Shown here: in pieces, positions 47,600 to 58,000 of the stretch
Layout: every line of letters starts with the position of its first letter
Numbering within the stretch: the stretch's first letter is position 1
Assembly (NCBI GenBank): GCA_001179505.1
Contig: CDMY01000275.1
Location: 62,001 to 126,000, forward strand
DNA from: Vitrella brassicaformis CCMP3155
Lineage: Eukaryota > Protista > Chromerida
DNA: 64,000 bases
Reading direction: 5' to 3'
Position numbers and translations under genes: made by a program
Notes under the pieces: generated by a model
The model's database searches: none
Told to the model about the DNA's origin: nothing
The model's input: only the letters and a program-made list of their open reading frames with translations

Positions 47600-49300
47600 T
47601 TGGTTGATGGGGCGGACGGGAGACGGGTAGATTGGTTGATGGAGGTGGGTCGTGGCTGTCTGTGTGCTTCGTGACTCATTCATTGATCGACTGATTGGTC
47701 TGAATGGCTTCGTGGTGGTTCGTAGGGTGGTTCGTAGGGAGGAAATGAAAGGGAGGGAGTGGGTGAGCTTTGGGTGGGCAGGGCGGGGTGGGTGGGTGGG
47801 TGGGTGGCATTTGTGCGCTTTGAAGGAAGATCAGTGTGTGTGTGCCGTCTGTGTGTGTGTGTGTGTGCGTGTGTGTTCCGTTTGTGTGTGTGTTTGATAT
47901 GTGTCTGTCTGTCTGGCCCGTTTCTGGTATGGTAATTAGCAATCAGCGGTCTATCTTTTTTCGTCGGGTGGCACGGCATGGCATGATGATGGATGCATCT
48001 ATCCCCGCCTCGCCTCGCCTGACGTGCTCGGCTCGACTCTACCTGACTGACTGCCTGGTTGCTGGGCCGCGTCGCCCCTCACCAGACACGAGCCTTCATG
48101 ATCGTTTGAGAGCTCGAATGTGGTGGGTGATGATCCGATCGGTGGCTGCGTGTCTGATGTCTGAGTGTCTGAGTGTCTCAGTAAGCCCATGAATGAAATG
48201 AATCGCATGATGGATGTGATTGATATGCTCCTCTCGGCTCTCTCCTGCCCACTAAGACAAATGACCTGGAGATGGGCTGGATGGAACCAGGAGGCCGCAT
48301 ACATACTCCCTGCCTGCCTGCCTACCCACCTACCTACCTACATGCTCGCATGCACGTGACGACCAACCGATGAATGAATGAATGAATGAATGAGGGAGGG
48401 AGGGAGGGAGGGATCGACGGTAGAGAACTATTTTTATCCGACAGGCGAGCGAGGGTGTTTGTGATGTGCTAGATGGAGCAGGGAGTGCGCACGGCGTCCA
48501 GTAGCTACTGCTGGCATTGGCGTGCATGGAGCTGGCTGGGATAGCGAGGGTGTGTTTTTCCATCCATCCATCCATCCGTCCGTCCGTCCGTCCATCCATG
48601 GGTGTACGTGACGTGTCTGTCTCAGCGTGCTGTGCTCATGTGCGTGTGTGTGCGTTTGTGCATGTGTGTGATTCTGTGTGGACGTGTGCGTGGTTGCGTG
48701 TTTTTCAGGTGGGTGGGGTATTTTTCGGGTAGGTGTGGGCCTGCATCGGTCTACTAACTCCTTCTCTGTCTGTCTTCCTGTCTCTCTTGTCTCTCTGTCT
48801 GTCTGTCTGTCTGTCTGGGTGCCAGGGGGCAGCTTTAAATGTTTTCCTGCCTGCCTGCCTGCCTGCTTCTTGCCTGTCTTGCTTCTTTTGTGTTTGTCTG
48901 TCCACCGGAGAAACAACACTGACTGAGTGAGGGCTCTGCCGTCTTCTAAGCTGTAGGACCTGCCTCCGGTGTGGTGGTGTGTGTGTGTGTGTGTGGTGAT
49001 GTGTGTGGTTGGATGCCATGATGGTGGGTGCGGGGGAATCCGGCAATGGCGCAGCAAGCGATTGTGTACGGTACGAGTGTAAGCGAATAAGTCGGCGTAA
49101 GGCAACAAACAAGATGGGGCCCTTGTTGCAGCTTACGTAGCTACCGTCGACACAAGACGTATACACATACATCGTGATGGGAGGAATGGAATGGATGAAT
49201 CCCATCCCTTGGTTGGTGGCCCGGTCCACACTCAGACAGACAGACAGACGCTTACTTGACTTGATGCATGTACGTCCGTACGTGTGGGAAAGCAACGAGT
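47600..49300. repeat. Microsatellite-rich UTR/intergenic tract (GT, GGGT, GAAT, GAGG, CATC, CCGT, CTGT, GCCT repeats)
   Basis: Dense simple repeats. The ORFs here translate to low-complexity CV/TH/DRQ strings. Confidence 0.7.
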
Positions 49301-49450
49301 TAAGCGAGAGAGCCAAGCCAGTCCATCAGGCATTAGCCAAGACAATGAATGATATACAATGACACAATGACTCGTGCGTTGGTCATGCACAGATACGTAC
49401 CTAATGCTCATTCATCGCCTCTCTCTCAAGAGTCCCAGTCAGTCAGTCAC

Positions 49451-50094
49451 TCAGCTGCTGTCTGATTCCTCGGCAGCTTGCTTTCTCGAAATCACGTCGG
49501 CCACATCGAGCAGGTGCTCCTCAGTGAGAGTTCTCAGCACCTGCTCCCCTTTCGCGGCCATCATGGTCTCGATGTCCGACTCCTCGTCGGTAAACCACGC
49601 CAGGTGGTCCGCCACCAAATGCAAACTTTGACAGCCGTCGCAGCGGACAACCACAATGCCTGACGTGCACCAAAATGACAGAGCGCGATATATCTCGTCA
49701 CGTGCGCAGGTGACGGACCCACCTTCATGATAGGCCTTCTTGGCGAATCGTTTGGCAGACCTCGTGTCGCATTTCTGCACACGCACCAGAGTACCAGGCA
49801 TACAAGAGAGAGAGCTTACGTTTGCTTCATCTTACGTAGTACTGTACTTACCTTGCATGTGAACACAATCACATAGGCTGAAGCATCTCCGGCAGCGGTC
49901 CCTGGAACGTCAGGAAGTGATTGCACACTCGAAGATGCCTCACTCGCATCGGGCGCCGGCGCAGGAGAAGGCGCTGATCCGCCTGACTTGTCCACAAGCA
50001 GATGGCGAGATGTAGACAACAGCCGATGATTGATCACTGCTGCTGGCCTTCTGATCTGTACGGCAAGGCTCCTCAATGGCCTCACAGCCCTCAT
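49451..50094 (-). CDS. DNLZ: DNL-type zinc finger, mitochondrial Hsp70 escort protein (Zim17/Hep1/DNLZ)
   Basis: Spliced YVIVFTCKKCDTRSAKRFAKKAYHEGIVVVRCDGCQSLHLVADHLAWF with two CxxC. Arg/Ser-rich presequence MRAVRPLRSLAVQIRR. Confidence 0.93.
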
Positions 50095-50139
50095 TTTATC
50101 CGCGCTTCCTGCGAGCTTTGGATCGCCACTACCGAAGTG

Positions 50140-52343
50140 ATGAACCGATGCGTCCTCGCCCTCGTTTATCCGCTCGTCCTTCTCCTTTTCCTCTTCTTCA
50201 GACGGCACCATGCATCTTCACGCGGTGCATCTTTCATCAAGACGGCACCATGCATTGCGAGAGAGAGGGCACCCCGACTGGAGGAGGCTCCTCGTGCAGC
50301 ACTGCAAGCCCCAGATACAGATGTGAGCTCTGTTTCATCGGCTCTGAAGGCACTCTATCAGCCGAAGGCCAAGAAACAGACGGTGGACTTCACTACTCTT
50401 CTGCTATCTTGTCGGGAACTCAATGCTTCGCTGGTGCCGTCGAGTGTGTCCAGCGCCTTTCAGCTCGACGACTCGAACCTGTTGCTTGGGCTCACAACTT
50501 TGAGCGGCACACGATGGCTGCATCTGTGTTGGGACGCTAAGGCTGCCCGCTTGGCCCTTGGGGAGAATCCGCCAAAGAAGGAGATATTGCCCTTTTCGTT
50601 CTCTCATAACATCCGGCTGGCTCTGAAGGGGCTCACACTGACTGCCATATCGCTGCCCCAGCCGTTCAATCGCATCGTCGAGATGACCTTTGCGCCCAGG
50701 CTAGGGCGAGATCCGTTCTTCAAGCTCTTTGTGGAGGTACAGGGCCCGCGCAGCAACGTGATCCTGGTGTCGGCCGACACGAACAGCATCGCTGCGTGCG
50801 CCTATCAAGTGGGGGCGTCACGATCGGTCCGGCCACTGCAGACGGGGCAGCTTTATCAGCTCCCGCCGGCACAGAGTGGGCGGCTGCCTTCGCTCGAGGA
50901 GACCTGGGATGTCTTTCATCGCAGGCTGTCGGTGGTCCCAGAGATGTCTTTGCAGAAGGCGTTCATCGATAGCTACAGGGGACTGAGCCCTGCCCTCATT
51001 ATTGAGATGGCTCTGGTGGCTGGTTTGGATGCGCAAACGCCTATCAAGGACATCCCCGAGGCATCGCTCCGCTCGCTATATGAGGGGCCGTGGAAGCGAT
51101 GGCTTCAGCTTGTGTTGAGTGACACCGAGAACCCTGCAAGTGTACAACCAGCTCTGCGAATAGGTGGAGAAGGACAGCGGCTCTCGTACGCGGTTCTTGG
51201 CTTACTTCCTGCCATCGATGCCGATGCAGCTGATACATCTGAGCCGTCTTGGGTGAAGGCAAAGAGCATGCAAGAGCTGCTGCGGATCTACTATGGCGAG
51301 CATGGGTCCAAGCGGTGGGACGATCTTAAGACGCGATGTGACCGGGCTGTGAAGTCTCGGCTGCAGAAGTCTGAGCAGCGTGTGCAGCTGTTCGAGAAGC
51401 AGCTGGCGTCCGCAGATGAGAGTGAGGTGGAGAGGCTGAGGAAACGAGGGGATCTGCTGATGGCTTACCAACATGAGTGGGCTGCGGGTGACTCCGAGCT
51501 GATATGTGAGGACTTCGAGACCCACGAGAGCGTCAGCATCCCGATCCCTCCGGACAAGACGCCCCTCGAGCTGGCGCAGGCAGCCTACAAGAGATCAGGT
51601 GTGTCTGCCTATCATCTCAACTACTGCATCACTCAGTGTCTCTCATCTTACTGTCAGGAAAGCTCCAACGGTCTATCGCAGCCGTGATGCCCCAGCTTGA
51701 CAAGGCACGCGATGACCTGCAGTACCTGCAGAGCATCGAGACGGCCATTGAGGATCTCGCTCAATACAGGCGGGACTCAGACATCAAGCTGCTGCAGGAG
51801 ATTGCTGAAGAGCTGGGCATTTACGGCAGTGAGACGAACGAGGCGCGGAAGAAGCCTGCCAAGGGGAAGCAGGCTAAAGGAGCGCGGAGAGGCAAGGGGA
51901 AGGCTGCAGCGGCAGGCAAGGTTCACAAGGCGTCGATGAAGGGGCTGCTGGTGATCGACTGTCCAAGAGAGGGAACTAACGATACGCCAGCAGTAGTCAT
52001 CGCCGGTCGAAACAACAGACAGAACGATCGACTCACGTTTGACATCGCCCGCAATTCCGAGATGTGGCTGCACGCGCAAGGGCTGCCGGGATCCCATTGT
52101 ATCTTGCGAGGGCCCTCGAGCGAAGCTGATGTGCAGTTTGCTGCGCACGTCGCGGCTTATCTGTCCAAGGGCAAGAACAGCGTGCAGGTGCCGGTGGTGT
52201 ACACGCTGATACGTGACGTTAAGAGGGCTCCTGGTGGGCAGCTAGGACTTGTGACAGTGCGAAATGAGAAGGTGGTATGGGGCCGGCCAGAGGAGGGCAG
52301 GCAGGTGGTGGAACGGGCTATGCGTGAGGGGGCAGATCATTGA
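50140..52343 (+). CDS. rqcH: NFACT-family RqcH/FbpA-like ribosome quality control factor, cyanobacterial type, with signal+transit presequence; one intron 51599-51657
   Basis: NFACT-N VDFTTL…LFVEVQGPRSNVIL, HhH-like YRGLSP, coiled coil, and NFACT-R GRNNRQNDRLTF…WLHAQGLPGSHCIL…AAYLSK…VPVVYT. Confidence 0.9.
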
Positions 52344-52448
52344 TTGACTGACATACGCTCACTTGGATAAAAACGGTTTCGCGATTTGACCCTGTTGCTT
52401 TTCCCTTCTCTCCCTTCCCCCAAGCAACCAACCAACCAACCCCGCGCG

Positions 52449-52831
52449 ATGGAGATGCTGTATCAGCATGAATCGGTTCTTGTCCTTGCTGCAGCTCTGT
52501 CTGTTGCCGTCACGAGCATCGTTTCAATCAGAAGAGTCCGCGCGTGCATCGGACGGTATGGCACGAGTCGGCTGCACACCCTGATGCCGTGTGCGTGCGT
52601 ATATACAGGTCGTTGTGGTACGTGATCCCCAATGGACTGAGAAATCTTGGCGTCACCAACTCCGCAAGCATTCTGGTCCTCTCGGCGGTCTTACAAGAGC
52701 CTGTCATGAAGGCGGGAGAAGCTATGGCGACGCGGTTTCTGCGTATTGGCGGTGCGGAAGAGGCAGCGGGGGGCATGTCTGGACTTAAAGTTGAGTATGG
52801 GTTCGTCACTTTGTATGGGGAGTTTCTGTGA
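52449..52831 (+). CDS. Possible small hydrophobic protein, about 108 aa, two exons
   Basis: MEMLYQHESVLVLAAALSVAVTSIV…GR|SLWYVIPNG…YGEFL* splices in phase. No homology recognised. Confidence 0.3.
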
Positions 52832-53442
52832 CTGACTTGCCAGTGTGTGTGGTCTCCTTTGGTGGTCTCGTGTGCCGCTTGTCAAGCACACGCGTGTGCG
52901 CCTTTTTGTTCTGCTGCCGGTTGGTTGACCTTTGTCGTCTCCTGTATTTGGTTGAATGGACGGACGGGCAACGGATGTAGTCAGTGGTAGGGACAAAATT
53001 GGCGTCACCAACGGACGCGCATACACGTACACACATGCACTGGCAACGCAAGTGTGGCGTCAAAGAAAGAAAGAAAGAAAGAAAGAAAGTCTGGCTGAGC
53101 TCGTGCACATTCATCTCTTCAGGCACATAAGCTATCTGTACATGTCATGAATGCAGACATTCATCCATCCATCACAAGCCACAAGATGATGAGAGTCCTA
53201 CGATTTGAAGACTCATGCGTGTACCGGTCGGTCATCGGTCACCCATCCGGTCCATCCACCCACGCATCTATGCCATGACGCATTCATTATTCAAATCGCA
53301 TCTGAAGCGTCGGCCAAAAGCGGTGCGAAGCCCTCGCACATGGTTCAAAAAACTGTGGCGCGTCGCGTCGCCCACCCCCCAGAGTCGAGTTGCCTCAGGG
53401 GCGCACTGCGGCCACTGCAGCAGCTGCGATTGATTGATTGAT

Positions 53443-54803
53443 TCATACGGTGGTGAGGACGCCGACCTGGGCCCCGTTAATCATGCTGGTCTCCATCTTC
53501 TCCCGCAGGGCCAGGACGCTCTCGCGCTGGTCCTCAGGGATGGAGTCTGAGGAGAGATCAAAAAGGCCCCCGGTTGGTGTGCGCGCGGCTTGTCGTGTGT
53601 GTGTTGTCTCTTACCGATATCGACAGTCAGCGGGTCGAGCAGAGGCGTGGGGACGGTGCCGTCCTCTGCGGGCTCCTCCCACACGTCGGGCACGAACGCG
53701 GGGCCAGACACATCCACAAACGCAGGCGGGTCATACTGACACACACACACACACACACATACACACACACATACATACACATGCAGGCACGCACACAGCG
53801 GTGTTCATTCATCGATCCATCCATTGATCCATAACCCATACATACGAGTTGACTGACTCACCTCTGCCATGAGCTTGATGTTCTCAAGGAACCTGTCAAA
53901 ACAGGGTGCAGCGTAGGCGGTGAAGTCTGCAGCCTCCATGCGCTTCTGAAGCACCACAGCGCAGCACATGACAGACAACATAACATACATGATCTCTCAG
54001 TCCATCCGTCCGCCAATCGATGACCCCTGCCTGACCTCGAAATAGTCCCTCAGGTATCTGACGCCTGAAGAAAGCGCTGCGAAATCCATGCCAACCTCCT
54101 GAGTGCATAGCATAAATCAATCAATGTCAACCACGTCAGAACGAATGGATGGATCGCATCGATGGCCTGCACCACTGGCTCAGCCGTTCCTTCCTTCCGC
54201 TCATTCCTCTGCTTAGCTTACGTCATAGAGCTCGGTCATGTAGTCGAGCACCTCCCGCCGCATGCAGTGGACAATCCCCGCCGCAATGCCGTACTGCAGC
54301 ACCCGCAGGAAGGTCCCCAGGTCCTCAGAAATCATCTGACCCACACCGCCGTCGTCCCGCGCGAGCCCATACGAGTCCACCACATGCTTCCTGGCCTCCT
54401 CGAGCGCAGCGTCCCTCTCGTCAAAGATGACCTGGGCCGCCTGCTCCCCCGGCAGCAGACCCTTGTTGGTCTCCAGCTCGAGGGGATACACATACCGCTG
54501 ACTCGAGTCAGCGCCGCGCAACAGGTAGATGATGTTGCCAAAGCGCAGCTCTGCGTCGTCGAAGAGGCACTTCTGGCCTCGCAGGAAGCCCTTGAGTGCG
54601 GCGCCGTCGGGGCTGCTGTTGGCATTCATCCGCAGACCGTGGGATCTGGGGTGAGCGGATGCAGGCCGATAGAGCAGAGGCGGTGATGATGACCGGAGAG
54701 CGAAGGCTGACAGGGGAGAGGGCAGCAACGCCAGGGAGAGCAACAAGACAACCATGGAGGCAGCGAGAAACCGCCTTGCAGGGCAGATCTGAAGAGAGCT
54801 CAT
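53443..54803 (-). CDS. Allophycocyanin-alpha-like (ApcA/ApcD-like) phycobiliprotein homologue with bipartite plastid presequence; 5 exons, about 317 aa
   Basis: Exons 54803-54222, 54098-54036, 53945-53862, 53735-53615 and 53546-53443 total 954 nt in frame. ADSSQRYVYPLELETNK and EDLGTFLRVLQYGIAAG…TELYDEVG…SGVRYLR…AAPCFD match the recalled APC-alpha pattern. Presequence MVVLLLSLALLPSPLSA|FALRSSS. Confidence 0.8.
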
Positions 54804-55025
54804 CTTCCCTGCACAAGCACAAGCTCCCGCCTGGCTCTTTGTCAGCTTCTTCCCTCCTGAATCTCGTCAAGTCTAAGCTCGCAAATGTGCAACAGCTCGC
54901 CCAAACAGCAAAATCTGTTTGCAGCATAAGATGACCCAACGCGAGGCCGTCAAGACAGCAAGAAGCAGCGGGCGTGAGTCAGGCAGACAGTAGAAAGATC
55001 CGGCGAGCTGCAGTAGAAGGGCAAG

Positions 55026-58000
55026 ATGTCCACGAAGCGCGTGACGCTCGTGGTCGGAAACAGCACAAGGTGAGCCCAACGCCACAAGCCGTACACAAGG
55101 CTCAACGAAATCACGCGATGAATCTTGCTGTCTGGCGTGCTGTGCTGTGGTTGTGGTTGTGCCCCCTTCCAGTGTTGACTTCTATCGGCATCTGCACACG
55201 CTGCACCATGCCACGTGGACACTCATACCCGCTGAAAGGATTGGTAAGCCAGGCTGGGCGAACTGCACACACTGCTGGGTGGGTGCATCTGCCATGTGTT
55301 GTGTTGTGTTGTGTTGCCTTGCCTTGTGGTCAGCGGCAAAGCATTCGATGACCTGCAGCGCTGAGGGGACCGCACCCCTCTCTGCGCTGTCGGGAAAGGT
55401 AACTAGAGAGATATCAGCACAACCAGTGGCAGCCAGCACGAATGAGATAGATGGATTCCTATTGTTTATTATGTGGTGTGTTGATCGTACTGGCTGCAGC
55501 TTCAGTACTCGTGTGTGCTTCACGGCATTGAGTATGTGGTGGGGGTGTCCTTCGGCGTCCCCGTACTCGGAGATCGAAAGTCAGTCAGTCAAGCCATCGA
55601 TAGGACACACATCGATATATTCCTTGTGGACCTTCCTGCGCCTTGGTGTGTGTGTGTGTGTGTTATAGGGAGAAGGCCTTTCTGGCGTCATCGCCGAACG
55701 TCAAGGAGGCCGGCCTGCCGCCCGCCGCGGTGCTCTTCATACTCAGTGCATACGCTGACAAGAGAGACCCCAGCAGGGTCAGTGAGGGGGGGCGGGCAGA
55801 CGCCGGTGAAATGGCTCTCTGCATGGCTCTGCCTCTGTGCTGTCGTGCACGTTGTCATGTGCAGCACCACATCACGATTGCCGAAACACGGGAGGGATCT
55901 GAATACATAAAGAGTGAGCCAAGAAGCCAGTTGGTTGATCCGTCCGATGGATACGCACATTCATCGTGCCGCGTGTGTTGCCATCCATCCATCCAGAGCT
56001 GAGGGATGATAGCGTGACTATGGCCCGCCAGCCCGCCTACCGCATCAATCGCCCCGGCCGGAAGGACGCCGTGGTGTCGCATCCCTCCGACACGCAGAGG
56101 AGCAGCTTCGTCCCCAACATCAAGAACCACAACTGGAAGAAGCAGCTGCGGCGGGCGCACAGATCCATCATGATTCGCATCGTCAACCTCACCAGGTGGG
56201 GGGGTTGGTGTGCAGGCAGCTGAGCTGTAGACTGATGGGCTGTGTGTTGGTTATTATATATTATGTGCCTGCAGGAATGTGATGCGTTTGATGTATAAGG
56301 ATGGGTCTGACTTGGATCGGAGGCCGCAAATGTTCCTCGAGGACGGCGTGTGGGTCGAGGTGGGTCAGCCGCCGCCAGGCAGACAGACAGCATTATTTGA
56401 CGCGCAAGCACAGATCCTTGGTTGTGTGTGTGTTCAGTACCCCCGTGACGAGATATGTCCGATGGGCTGCAGCGAATTCGGTGGGTGGGCGGGCGATGGA
56501 TGACAGGGATTAAGATTGCAGCCCGTCACTTGTGCGCTCTTTATGGCTTGATTGGTGTGATGCAGGTGCGCGCAGTCGTGGCTTTATGCAGGGGACGCAG
56601 GGCAAGGTCTACTACACCATGCCCGGACACCCTGGGTATGTCTGTCTGTCTGTATGTCACACACACACACATGAAGGCTCGATCGTCACACCGCACTGAC
56701 AGTATGGATGGATGGATGGCTGCCAGTTGGATCATATTTTCCTGGGAGCAGCCGTACGTGGGTGTCTTCAAGAGCCAGGGGGGACACTCCACCAACAAAT
56801 TCAGCGTCCAGACACACACTGGTAAGCAAGCCAAGTCAGGTGGCACCCCGGCGCACCGCAGCCAAGCCACGATGCGATGCCATGCACAGCACAGAGTGTG
56901 CGTGTGACCATCCATCGATGCACCCCATCGCCCTGCCTGCCTGCGTATGTATGTGTCAGATCGGTTCAACGAGTGTACGCTGCTCTTCCACGTACTCGAC
57001 CCAATGAAACCGCCGCCCCTCCGGGTAATCTAATCACACACACATAGACAGACCACATCCACCCACCACCAGATGAATCGACCTCTTCGCCTCCCTCTCT
57101 CCCTCTCTCTCGCTGTGCTGTCTCAGATCATTTCTGCCAAGGCTGTTCACAGCCACAACGGCGAGCAGTACGACCGTCACCGCCGCGGTCCGCCCAAAGG
57201 GGACGACTGCACCACCCATGTGAGCGCGGCCGTCAAGTGCATCAAGGGCAGCACCAGGGCCTCCATGGAGAGCATGGCCATGGGCACCGACACGGATGAC
57301 GGAAGCGGCGAGATGGTCCTCGAACTCACAAACCCCAGAAGCTTCTTCGGTAGGCAAGGAGGAAGCAGAGCAGACACACGACAGCCAGACACGGATCGCC
57401 GTTGTTTGTGCCTGCCTGTGTGTGTGTGTCAGCATCGCTCAACACGGGCCGCAAGTGGTACAACCCCGCGAGCTGGCTCTTCATCGAGTGGCAGATAGGG
57501 TGCGAGCGGTTCTCATCCATCTGGCCCTCGGAGGACCGCGTCCGCATCAAGCCGTCACTGGTGGGCGGGGGCGCCCTGGGCCGCCAGCAGGGGGAGGAGA
57601 ACTGCGTCATCCTCGACGCAGAGGTCGTCCCCAACTGGCAGTGGTACCCAGAGAGACTACTGCTGCTCAATGGGCCGGGGGCGGCTGGGGGTGGGGGGCC
57701 GTCGACGGGCGGCAAGAAGGCCGGCGGCGAGAGGGGAGGCGGTCGTGGGGCGAGTAGGATGTTTAGCGGGAGTGCTGGGGGCCGGAGCGACCATGAGGGC
57801 GCGTCTCAGGAGCAGCTGCTGGAGGCCGTTGTGTCGTGTCTGCAGCTGCTGAGCGAGGGGCTGCAGCCTGTCGTCACACAACACATGAAGAACAAGTATG
57901 TCGTGAGTGGATGGATGGATGGATGGGCCACGCACACACCTGGCTGGCAGAGAGGGAGGACAGATGTGCTTCGTTGTGTTGCCTTTATCAGGTTTGGTGA

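Noticed and set aside
49590-49620. DNL motif reads DHL
   Set aside because: DHL is a known natural variant in this family (as recalled for yeast Zim17), so it is not novel.
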